Below are positions 39,701 through 52,044 of a stretch of DNA of 64,000 bases, one piece after another (the stretch's first letter is position 1; the number at the start of each line of letters is the position of its first letter). The DNA lies in assembly GCF_009914755.1 (NCBI RefSeq), contig NC_060940.1. The stretch is one strand, 5' to 3'. The DNA is from the human T2T-CHM13v2.0 reference genome, Homo sapiens. The notes beneath the pieces were generated by a model, which saw only the letters and a program-made list of their open reading frames with translations, was not told the origin of the DNA and ran no database searches. Both the position numbers and the translations under genes were made by a program.

Positions 39701-42700
39701 TCTTTTCATTCAGCAGTTTGGAAACACTCTGTTTGGAAAGTCTGCACGTGGATATTTTGACCTCTTTGAGGCCTTCGTTGGAAACGGGTTTTTTTCATGT
39801 AAGGCTAGACAGAAGAAATCTCAGTAACTTCCTTGTGTTGTGTGTATTCAACTGACAGAGTTGAACCTTCCTTTAGACAGAGCAGATTCGAAACACTCTT
39901 TTTCTGCAATTTGCAAGTGGAGACTTCAAGCGCTTTGAGGCCAAAGGCAGAAAAGGAAATATCTTCGTATAAAAACCCGACAGAATCATTCTCAGAAACT
40001 GCTCTGTGATGTGTGCGTTCAACTCACAGAGTTTAACTTTTCTTTTCATTCAGCAGTTTGGAAACACTCTGTTTGTAAAGTCTGCAAGTGGATATCTTGG
40101 CCTCTTAGAGGCCTTCGTTGGAAACGGGTTTTTTCATGTAAGGTTAGACAGAGGAATTCCCAGTAACTTCCTTGTGTTGTGTGCATTCAACTCACAGAGT
40201 TGAATGATTCTTTACACAGAGCAGATTTGAGACACTCTTTTGGTGGAATTTGTAAGTGGAGAATTCAGCTGCTTTGAGGTCAACGGTAGAAAAGGAAATA
40301 TCTTCGTATAAAAACTAGACAGAATGATTCTCAGAAACTGTTTTGTGATGTGTGCGTTCAACTCACAGAGTTTAACCTTTCTTTTCAAAGAGCAGTTAGG
40401 AAACACTCTGTTTGTAAAGTCTGCAAGTGGATATTCAGACCTCTTTGAGGCCTTCGTTGGAAACGGGATTTCTTCATATTATGCTAGACAGATGAATTCT
40501 CAGTAACTTCCTTGTGTTGTGTGTATTCAACTCACAGAGTTGAACGATCCTTTACACAGAGCAGATTTGAAACACTGTTTTTCTGGAATTTGCAAGTGGA
40601 GATTTCAGCCGCTTTGAGGTCAATGGTAGAAAAGGAAATATCTTCGTATAAAAACTAGACAGAATGATTCTCAGAAACTCCTTTGTGATGTGTGCGTTCA
40701 ACTCACAGAGTTTAACCTTTCTTTTCACAGAGCAGTTAGGAAACACTCTGTTTGTGAAGCCTGCCAGTGGATATTCGGACCTCTTTGAGGCCTTCGTTGG
40801 AAACGGGATTTCTTCATATTATGCTAGACAAAAGATTTCTCAGTAACTTCTTTGTGTTGTGTATATGCAACTCACAGAGTTCAACCTTCCTTTAGACAGA
40901 GCAGATTTGAAACACTCTTTTTGTGGAATTTGCAAGTGGAGATTTCAAGCGCTTCGATGCCAATGGTAGAAAAGGAAATATCTTCGTATAAAAACAAGAC
41001 AAACTCGTTCCCAGACACTGCGTAGTGATGTGTGTGTTTAACTCACAGAGTTTAACCTTTCTTTTCATACAGCATTCTGGAAACCCTCTGTTTGTAAAGT
41101 CTGCAAGTGGATATTTGGACCTCTTAGATGCCTTCGTTGGAAACGGGATTTCTTCATATAATGCTAGAGGGAAGAATTCTTAGTAACTTCTTTGTGTTGT
41201 GTGTATTCAACTGACAGAGTTGAACCTTCCTTTAGACAGAGCAGATTTGAAAGTCTCTTTTTGTGGAATTTGCAAGTGGAGATTTCAAGCGCTTTGAGGC
41301 CAAAAGCAGAAAAGGAAATATTTTCCTATAAAAACTCGACAGAATCTTTCTCAGAAACTGCTCTGGGATGTGTGCGTTCAACTCACAGAGTTTAACTTTT
41401 CTTTTCATTCAGCAGTTTGGAAACACTCTGTTTGGAAAGTCTGCACGTGGATATTTTGACCTCTTTGAGGCCTTCGTTGGAAACGGGTTTTTTTCATGTA
41501 AGGCTAGACAGAAGAAATCTCAGTAACTTCCTTGTGTTGTGTGTATTCAACTGACAGAGTTGAACCTTCCTTTAGACAGAGCAGATTCGAAACACTCTTT
41601 TTCTGCAATTTGCAAGTGGAGACTTCAAGCGCTTTGAGGCCAAAGGCAGAAAAGGAAATATCTTCGTATAAAAACCCGACAGAATCATTCTCAGAAACTG
41701 CTCTGTGATGTGTGCGTTCAACTCACAGAGTTTAACTTTTCTTTTCATTCAGCAGTTTGGAAACACTCTGTTTGTAAAGTCTGCAAGTGGATATCTTGGC
41801 CTCTTAGAGGCCTTCGTTGGAAACGGGTTTTTTCATTTAAGGTTAGACAGAGGAATTCCCAGTAACTTCCTTGTGTTGTGTGCATTCAACTCACAGAGTT
41901 GAATGATTCTTTACACAGAGCAGATTTGAGACACTCTTTTGGTGGAATTTGTAAGTGGAGAATTCAGCCGCTTTGAGGTCAACGGTAGAAAAGGAAATAT
42001 CTTCGTATAAAAACTAGACAGAATGATTCTCAGAAACTGTTTTGTGATGTGTGCGTTCAACTCACAGAGTTTAACCTTTCTTTTCAAAGAGCAGTTAGGA
42101 AACACTCTGTTTGTAAAGTCTGCAAGTGGATATTCAGACCTCTTTGAGGCCTTCGTTGGAAACGGGATTTCTTCATATTATGCTAGACAGATGAATTCTC
42201 AGTAACTTCCTTGTGTTGTGTGTATTCAACTCACAGAGTTGAACGATCCTTTACACAGAGCAGATTTGAAACACTGTTTTTCTGGAATTTGCAAGTGGAG
42301 ATTTCAGCCGCTTTGAGGTCAATGGTAGAAAAGGAAATATCTTCGTATAAAAACTAGACAGAATGATTCTCAGAAACTCCTTTGTGATGTGTGCGTTCAA
42401 CTCACAGAGTTTAACCTTTCTTTTCACAGAGCAGTTAGGAAACACTCTGTTTGTGAAGCCTGCCAGTGGATATTCGGACCTCTTTGAGGCCTTCGTTGGA
42501 AACGGGATTTCTTCATATTATGCTAGACAGAAGATTTCTCAGTAACTTCTTTGTGTTGTGTGTATGCAACTCACAGAGTTCAACCTTCCTTTAGACAGAG
42601 CAGATTTGAAACACTCTTTTTGTGGAATTTGCAAGTGGAGATTTCAAGCGCTTCGATGCCAATGGTAGAAAAGGAAATATCTTCGTATAAAAACAAGACA

Positions 42701-44187
42701 AACTCGTTCCCAGACACTGCGTAGTGATGTGTGTGTTTAACTCACAGAGTTTCACCTTTCTTTTCATACAGCATTCTGGAAACCCTGTGTTTGTAAAGTC
42801 TGCAAGTGGATATTTGGACCTCTTAGATGCCTTCGTTGGAAACGGGATTTCTTCATATAATGCTAGAGGGAAGAATTCTTAGTAACTTCTTTGTGTTGTG
42901 TGTATTCAACTGACAGAGTTGAACCTTCCTTTAGACAGAGCAGATTTGAAAGTCTCTTTTTGTGGAATTTGCAAGTGGAGATTTCAAGCGCTTTGAGGCC
43001 GAAAGCAGAAAAGGAAATATTTTCCTATAAAAACTCGACAGAATCTTTCTCAGAAACTGCTCTGGGATGTGTGCGTTCAACTCACAGAGTTTAACTTTTC
43101 TTTTCATTCAGCAGTTTGGAAACACTCTGTTTGGAAAGTCTGCACGTGGATATTTTGACCTCTTTGAGGCCTTCGTTGGAAACGGGTTTTTTTCATGTAA
43201 GGCTAGACAGAAGAAATCTCAGTAACTTCCTTGTGTTGTGTGTATTCAACTGACAGAGTTGAACCTTCCTTTAGACAGAGCAGATTCGAAACACTCTTTT
43301 TCTGCAATTTGCAAGTGGAGACTTCAAGCGCTTTGAGGCCAAAGGCAGAAAAGGAAATATCTTCGTATAAAAACCCGACAGAATCATTCTCAGAAACTGC
43401 TCTGTGATGTGTGCGTTCAACTCACAGAGTTTAACTTTTCTTTTCATTCAGCAGTTTGGAAACACTCTGTTTGTAAAGTCTGCAAGTGGATATCTTGGCC
43501 TCTTAGAGGCCTTCGTTGGAAACGGGTTTTTTCATGTAAGGTTAGACAGAGGAATTCCCAGTAACTTCCTTGTGTTGTGTGCATTCAACTCACAGAGTTG
43601 AATGATTCTTTACACAGAGCAGATTTGAGACACTCTTTTGGTGGAATTTGTAAGTGGAGAATTCAGCCGCTTTGAGGTCAACGGTAGAAAAGGAAATATC
43701 TTCGTATAAAAACTAGACAGAATGATTCTCAGAAACTGTTTTGTGATGTGTGCGTTCAACTCACAGAGTTTAACCTTTCTTTTCAAAGAGCAGTTAGGAA
43801 ACACTCTGTTTGTAAAGTCTGCAAGTGGATATTCAGACCTCTTTGAGGCCTTCGTTGGAAACGGGATTTCTTCATATTATGCTAGACAGATGAATTCTCA
43901 GTAACTTCCTTGTGTTGTGTGTATTCAACTCACAGAGTTGAACGATCCTTTACACAGAGCAGATTTGAAACACTGTTTTTCTGGAATTTGCAAGTGGAGA
44001 TTTCAGCCGCTTTGAGGTCAATGGTAGAAAAGGAAATATCTTCGTATAAAAACTAGACAGAATGATTCTCAGAAACTCCTTTGTGATGTGTGCGTTCAAC
44101 TCACAGAGTTTAACCTTTCTTTTCACAGAGCAGTTAGGAAACACTCTGTTTGTGAAGCCTGCCAGTGGATATTCGGACCTCTTTGAG
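35355..44187 (+). repeat. Second copy of an 8833-bp tandem duplication (first copy ~26522-35354)
   Basis: Rare variants recur in order at a constant +8833 offset (ORF markers 27442/36275, 28093/36926, 31379/40212, 32872/41705; SNV 34168/43001). Confidence 0.88.
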
Positions 44188-47100
44188 GCCTTCGTTGGAA
44201 ACGGGATTTCTTCATATTATGCTAGACAGAAGATTTCTCAGTAACTTCTTTGTGTTGTGTGTATGCAACTCACAGAGTTCAACCTTCCTTTAGACAGAGC
44301 AGATTTGAAACACTCTTTTTGTGGAATTTGCAAGTGGAGATTTCAAGCGCTTCGATGCCAATGGTAGAAAAGGAAATATCTTCGTATAAAAACAAGACAA
44401 ACTCGTTCCCAGACACTGCGTAGTGATGTGTGTGTTTAACTCACAGAGTTTCACCTTTCTTTTCATACAGCATTCTGGAAACCCTGTGTTTGTAAAGTCT
44501 GCAAGTGGATATTTGGACCTCTTAGATGCCTTCGTTGGAAACGGGATTTCTTCATATAATGCTAGAGGGAAGAATTCTTAGTAACTTCTTTGTGTTGTGT
44601 GTATTCAACTGACAGAGTTGAACCTTCCTTTAGACAGAGCAGATTTGAAAGTCTCTTTTTGTGGAATTTGCAAGTGGAGATTTCAAGCGCTTTGAGGCCA
44701 AAAGCAGAAAAGGAAATATTTTCCTATAAAAACTCGACAGAATCTTTCTCAGAAACTGCTCTGGGATGTGTGCGTTCAACTCACAGAGTTTAACTTTTCT
44801 TTTCATTCAGCAGTTTGGAAACACTCTGTTTGGAAAGTCTGCACGTGGATATTTTGACCTCTTTGAGGCCTTCGTTGGAAACGGGTTTTTTTCATGTAAG
44901 GCTAGACAGAAGAAATCTCAGTAACTTCCTTGTGTTGTGTGTATTCAACTGACAGAGTTGAACCTTCCTTTAGACAGAGCAGATTCGAAACACTCTTTTT
45001 CTGCAATTTGCAAGTGGAGACTTCAAGCGCTTTGAGGCCAAAGGCAGAAAAGGAAATATCTTCGTATAAAAACCCGACAGAATCATTCTCAGAAACTGCT
45101 CTGTGATGTGTGCGTTCAACTCACAGAGTTTAACTTTTCTTTTCATTCAGCAGTTTGGAAACACTCTGTTTGTAAAGTCTGCAAGTGGATATCTTGGCCT
45201 CTTAGAGGCCTTCGTTGGAAACGGGTTTTTTCATGTAAGGTTAGACAGAGGAATTCCCAGTAACTTCCTTGTGTTGTGTGCATTCAACTCACAGAGTTGA
45301 ATGATTCTTTACACAGAGCAGATTTGAGACACTCTTTTGGTGGAATTTGTAAGTGGAGAATTCAGCTGCTTTGAGGTCAACGGTAGAAAAGGAAATATCT
45401 TCGTATAAAAACTAGACAGAATGATTCTCAGAAACTGTTTTGTGATGTGTGCGTTCAACTCACAGAGTTTAACCTTTCTTTTCAAAGAGCAGTTAGGAAA
45501 CACTCTGTTTGTAAAGTCTGCAAGTGGATATTCAGACCTCTTTGAGGCCTTCGTTGGAAACGGGATTTCTTCATATTATGCTAGACAGATGAATTCTCAG
45601 TAACTTCCTTGTGTTGTGTGTATTCAACTCACAGAGTTGAACGATCCTTTACACAGAGCAGATTTGAAACACTGTTTTTCTGGAATTTGCAAGTGGAGAT
45701 TTCAGCCGCTTTGAGGTCAATGGTAGAAAAGGAAATATCTTCGTATAAAAACTAGACAGAATGATTCTCAGAAACTCCTTTGTGATGTGTGCGTTCAACT
45801 CACAGAGTTTAACCTTTCTTTTCACAGAGCAGTTAGGAAACACTCTGTTTGTGAAGCCTGCCAGTGGATATTCGGACCTCTTTGAGGCCTTCGTTGGAAA
45901 CGGGATTTCTTCATATTATGCTAGACAAAAGATTTCTCAGTAACTTCTTTGTGTTGTGTATATGCAACTCACAGAGTTCAACCTTCCTTTAGACAGAGCA
46001 GATTTGAAACACTCTTTTTGTGGAATTTGCAAGTGGAGATTTCAAGCGCTTCGATGCCAATGGTAGAAAAGGAAATATCTTCGTATAAAAACAAGACAAA
46101 CTCGTTCCCAGACACTGCGTAGTGATGTGTGTGTTTAACTCACAGAGTTTAACCTTTCTTTTCATACAGCATTCTGGAAACCCTGTGTTTGTAAAGTCTG
46201 CAAGTGGATATTTGGACCTCTTAGATGCCTTCGTTGGAAACGGGATTTCTTCATATAATGCTAGAGGGAAGAATTCTTAGTAACTTCTTTGTGTTGTGTG
46301 TATTCAACTGACAGAGTTGAACCTTCCTTTAGACAGAGCAGATTTGAAAGTCTCTTTTTGTGGAATTTGCAAGTGGAGATTTCAAGCGCTTTGAGGCCAA
46401 AAGCAGAAAAGGAAATATTTTCCTATAAAAACTCGACAGAATCTTTCTCAGAAACTGCTCTGGGATGTGTGCGTTCAACTCACAGAGTTTAACTTTTCTT
46501 TTCATTCAGCAGTTTGGAAACACTCTGTTTGGAAAGTCTGCACGTGGATATTTTGACCTCTTTGAGGCCTTCGTTGGAAACGGGTTTTTTTCATGTAAGG
46601 CTAGACAGAAGAAATCTCAGTAACTTCCTTGTGTTGTGTGTATTCAACTGACAGAGTTGAACCTTCCTTTAGACAGAGCAGATTCGAAACACTCTTTTTC
46701 TGCAATTTGCAAGTGGAGACTTCAAGCGCTTTGAGGCCAAAGGCAGAAAAGGAAATATCTTCGTATAAAAACCCGACAGAATCATTCTCAGAAACTGCTC
46801 TGTGATGTGTGCGTTCAACTCACAGAGTTTAACTTTTCTTTTCATTCAGCAGTTTGGAAACACTCTGTTTGTAAAGTCTGCAAGTGGATATCTTGGCCTC
46901 TTAGAGGCCTTCGTTGGAAACGGGTTTTTTCATGTAAGGATAGACAGAGGAATTCCCAGTAACTTCCTTGTGTTGTGTGCATTCAACTCACAGAGTTGAA
47001 TGATTCTTTACACAGAGCAGATTTGAGACACTCTTTTGGTGGAATTTGTAAGTGGAGAATTCAGCCGCTTTGAGGTCAACGGTAGAAAAGGAAATATCTT

Positions 47101-48648
47101 CGTAGAAAAACTAGACAGAATGATTCTCAGAAACTGTTTTGTGATGTGTGCGTTCAACTCACAGAGTTTAACCTTTCTTTTCAAAGAGCAGTTAGGAAAC
47201 ACTCTGTTTGTAAAGTCTGCAAGTGGATATTCAGACCTCTTTGAGGCCTTCGTTGGAAACGGGATTTCTTCATATTATGCTAGACAGATGAATTCTCAGT
47301 AACTTCCTTGTGTTGTGTGTATTCAACTCACAGAGTTGAACGATCCTTTACACAGAGCAGATTTGAAACACTGTTTTTCTGGAATTTGCAAGTGGAGATT
47401 TCAGCCGCTTTGAGGTCAATGGTAGAAAAGGAAATATCTTCGTATAAAAACTAGACAGAATGATTCTCAGAAACTCCTTTGTGATGTGTGCGTTCAACTC
47501 ACAGAGTTTAACCTTTCTTTTCACAGAGCAGTTAGGAAACACTCTGTTTGTGAAGCCTGCCAGTGGATATTCGGACCTCTTTGAGGCCTTCGTTGGAAAC
47601 GGGATTTCTTCATATTATGCTAGACAGAAGATTTCTCAGTAACTTCTTTGTGTTGTGTGTATGCAACTCACAGAGTTCAACCTTCCTTTAGACAGAGCAG
47701 ATTTGAAACACTCTTTTTGTGGAATTTGCAAGTGGAGATTTCAAGCGCTTCGATGCCAATGGTAGAAAAGGAAATATCTTCGTATAAAAACAAGACAAAC
47801 TCGTTCCCAGACACTGCGTAGTGATGTGTGTGTTTAACTCACAGAGTTTAACCTTTCTTTTCATACAGCATTCTGGAAACCCTGTGTTTGTAAAGTCTGC
47901 AAGTGGATATTTGGACCTCTTAGATGCCTTCGTTGGAAACGGGATTTCTTCATATAATGCTAGAGGGAAGAATTCTTAGTAACTTCTTTGTGTTGTGTGT
48001 ATTCAACTGACAGAGTTGAACCTTCCTTTAGACAGAGCAGATTTGAAAGTCTCTTTTTGTGGAATTTGCAAGTGGAGATTTCAAGCGCTTTGAGGCCAAA
48101 AGCAGAAAAGGAAATATTTTCCTATAAAAACTCGACAGAATCTTTCTCAGAAACTGCTCTGGGATGTGTGCGTTCAACTCACAGAGTTTAACTTTTCTTT
48201 TCATTCAGCAGTTTGGAAACACTCTGTTTGGAAAGTCTGCACGTGGATATTTTGACCTCTTTGAGGCCTTCGTTGGAAACGGGTTTTTTTCATGTAAGGC
48301 TAGACAGAAGAAATCTCAGTAACTTCCTTGTGTTGTGTGTATTCAACTGACAGAGTTGAACCTTCCTTTAGACAGAGCAGATTCGAAACACTCTTTTTCT
48401 GCAATTTGCAAGTGGAGACTTCAAGCGCTTTGAGGCCAAAGGCAGAAAAGGAAATATCTTCGTATAAAAACCCGACAGAATCATTCTCAGAAACTGCTCT
48501 GTGATGTGTGCGTTCAACTCACAGAGTTTAACTTTTCTTTTCATTCAGCAGTTTGGAAACACTCTGTTTGTAAAGTCTGCAAGTGGATATCTTGGCCTCT
48601 TAGAGGCCTTCGTTGGAAACGGGTTTTTTCATGTAAGGTTAGACAGAG

Positions 48649-50345
48649 GAATTCCCAGTAACTTCCTTGTGTTGTGTGCATTCAACTCACAGAGTTGAAT
48701 GATTCTTTACACAGAGCAGATTTGAGACACTCTTTTGGTGGAATTTGTAAGTGGAGAATTCAGCTGCTTTGAGGTCAACGGTAGAAAAGGAAATATCTTC
48801 GTATAAAAACTAGACAGAATGATTCTCAGAAACTGTTTTGTGATGTGTGCGTTCAACTCACAGAGTTTAACCTTTCTTTTCAAAGAGCAGTTAGGAAACA
48901 CTCTGTTTGTAAAGTCTGCAAGTGGATATTCAGACCTCTTTGAGGCCTTCGTTGGAAACGGGATTTCTTCATATTATGCTAGACAGATGAATTCTCAGTA
49001 ACTTCCTTGTGTTGTGTGTATTCAAGTCACAGAGTTGAACGATCCTTTACACAGAGCAGATTTGAAACACTGTTTTTCTGGAATTTGCAAGTGGAGATTT
49101 CAGCCGCTTTGAGGTCAATGGTAGAAAAGGAAATATCTTCGTATAAAAACTAGACAGAATGATTCTCAGAAACTCCTTTGTGATGTGTGCGTTCAACTCA
49201 CAGAGTTTAACCTTTCTTTTCACAGAGCAGTTAGGAAACACTCTGTTTGTGAAGCCTGCCAGTGGATATTCGGACCTCTTTGAGGCCTTCGTTGGAAACG
49301 GGATTTCTTCATATTATGCTAGACAGAAGATTTCTCAGTAACTTCTTTGTGTTGTGTGTATGCAACTCACAGAGTTCAACCTTCCTTTAGACAGAGCAGA
49401 TTTGAAACACTCTTTTTGTGGAATTTGCAAGTGGAGATTTCAAGCGCTTCGATGCCAATGGTAGAAAAGGAAATATCTTCGTATAAAAACAAGACAAACT
49501 CGTTCCCAGACACTGCGTAGTGATGTGTGTGTTTAACTCACAGAGTTTCACCTTTCTTTTCATACAGCATTCTGGAAACCCTCTGTTTGTAAAGTCTGCA
49601 AGTGGATATTTGGACCTCTTAGATGCCTTCGTTGGAAACGGGATTTCTTCATATAATGCTAGAGGGAAGAATTCTTAGTAACTTCTTTGTGTTTTGTGTA
49701 TTCAACTGACAGAGTTGAACCTTCCTTTAGACAGAGCAGATTTGAAAGTCTCTTTTTGTGGAATTTGCAAGTGGAGATTTCAAGCGCTTTGAGGCCAAAA
49801 GCAGAAAAGGAAATATTTTCCTATACAAACTCGACAGAATCTTTCTCAGAAACTGCTCTGGGATGTGTGTGTTCAACTCACAGAGTTTAACTTTCTTTTC
49901 ATTCAGCAGTTTGGAAACACTCTGTTTGGAAAGTCTGCACGTGGATATTTTGACCTCTTTGAGGCCTTCGTTGGAAACGGGTTTTTTTCATGTAAGGCTA
50001 GACAGAAGAAATCTCAGTAATTTCCTTGTGTTGTGTGTATTCAACTGACAGAGTTGAACCTTCCTTTAGACAGAGCAGATTCGAAACGCTCTTTTTCTGC
50101 AATTTGCAAGTGGAGACTTCAAGCGCTTTGAGGCCAAGGCAGAAAAGGAAATATCTTCGTATAAAAACCCGACAGAATCATTCTCAGAAACTGCTCTGTG
50201 ATGTGTGCGTTCAACTCACAGAGTTTAACTTTTCTTTTCATTCAGCAGTTTGGAAACACTCTGTTTGTAAAGTCTGCAAGTGGATATCTTGGCCTCTTAG
50301 AGGCCTTCGTTGGAAACGCGTTTTTTCATGTAAGGTTAGACAGAG
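48649..50345 (+). repeat. Divergent 10-mer HOR (1697 bp), near-copy of 21816-23512
   Basis: The same two 1-bp deletions and identical frameshift-derived ORFs (49758, 50026) occur at +26833. Confidence 0.9.
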
Positions 50346-52044
50346 GAATTCCCAGTAACTTCCTTGTGTTGTGTGCATTCAACTCACAGAGTTGAATGAT
50401 TCTTTACACAGAGCAGATTTGAGACACACTTTTGGTGGAATTTGTAAGTGGAGAATTCAGCCGCTTTGAGGTCAACGGTAGAAAAGGAAATATCTTCGTA
50501 TAAAAACTAGAAAGAATGATTCTCAGAAACTGTTTTGTGATGTGTGCGTTCAACTCACAGAGTTTAACCTTTCTTTTCAAAGAGCAGTTAGGAAACACTC
50601 TGTTTGTAAAGTCTACAAGTGGATATTCAGACCTCTTTGAAGCCTTCGTTGGAAACGGGATTTCATCATATTATGCTAGACAGATGAATTCTCAGTAACT
50701 TCCTTGTGTTGTGTGTATTCAACTCACAGAGTTGAACGATCCTTTACACAGAGCAGATTTGAAACACTGTTTTTCTGGAATTTGCAAGTGGAGATTTCAG
50801 CCGCTTTGAGGTCAACGGTAGAAAAGGAAATATCTTCGTATAAAAACTGGACAGAATGATTCTCAGAAACTCCTTTGTGATGTGTGCGTTCAACTCACAG
50901 AGTTTAACCTTTCTTTTCACAGAGCAGTTAGGAAACACTCTGTTTGTGAAGCCTGCCAGTGGATATTCGGACCTCTTTGAGGCCTTCGTTGGAAACGGGA
51001 TTTCTTCATATTTTGCTAGACAGAAGATTTCTCAGTAACTTCTTTGTGTTGTGTGTATGCAACTCACAGAGTTCAACCTTCCTTTAGACAGAGCAGATTT
51101 GAAACACTCTTTTTGTGGAATTTGCAAGTGGAGATTTCAAGCGCTTCGATGCCAATGGTAGAAAAGGAAATATCTTCGTATAAAAACAAGACAAACTCGT
51201 TCCCAGACACTGCGTAGTGATGTGTGTGTTTAACTCACAGAGTTTAACCTTTCTTTTCATACAGCATTCTGGAAACCCTCTGTTTGTAAAGTCTGCAAGT
51301 GGATATTTGGACCTCTTAGATGCCTTCGTTGGAAACGGGATTTCCTCATATAATGCTAGAGGGAAGAATTCTTAGTAACTTCTTTGTGTTGTGTGTATTC
51401 AACTGACAGAGTTGAACCTTCCTTTAGACAGAGCAGATTTGAAAGTCTCTTTTTGTGGAATTTGCAAGTGGAGATTTCAAGCGCTTTGAGGCCAAAAGCA
51501 GAAAAGGAAATATTTTCCTATAAAAACTCGACACAATCTTTCTCAGAAACTGCTCTGGGATGTGTGCGTTCAACTCACAGAGTTTAACTTTTCTTTTCAT
51601 TCAGCAGTTTGGAAACACTCTGTTTGGAAAGTCTTCACGTGGATATTTTGACCTCTTTGAGGCCTTCGTTGGAAACGGGTTTTTTTCATGTAAGGCTAGA
51701 CAGAAGAAATCTCAGTAACTTCCTTGTGTTGTGTGTATTCAACTGACAGAGTTGAACCTTCCTTTAGACAGAGCAGATTCGAAACGCTCTTTTTCTGCAA
51801 TTTGCAAGTGGAGACTTCAAGCGCTTTGAGGCCAAAGGCAGAAAAGGAAATATCTTCGTATAAAAACCCGACAGAATCATTCTCAGAAACTGCTCTGTGA
51901 TGTGTGCGTTCAACTCACAGAGTTTAACTTTTCTTTTCATTCAGCAGTTTGGAAACACTCTGTTTGTAAAGTCTGCAAGTGGATATCTTGGCCTCTTAGA
52001 GGCCTTCGTTGGAAACGGGTTTTTTCATGTAAGGTTAGACAGAG

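Noticed and set aside
47036-47302. Unique 88-aa ORF
   Set aside because: A single T>G change at 47105 removes a TAA stop in an otherwise ordinary A dimer.
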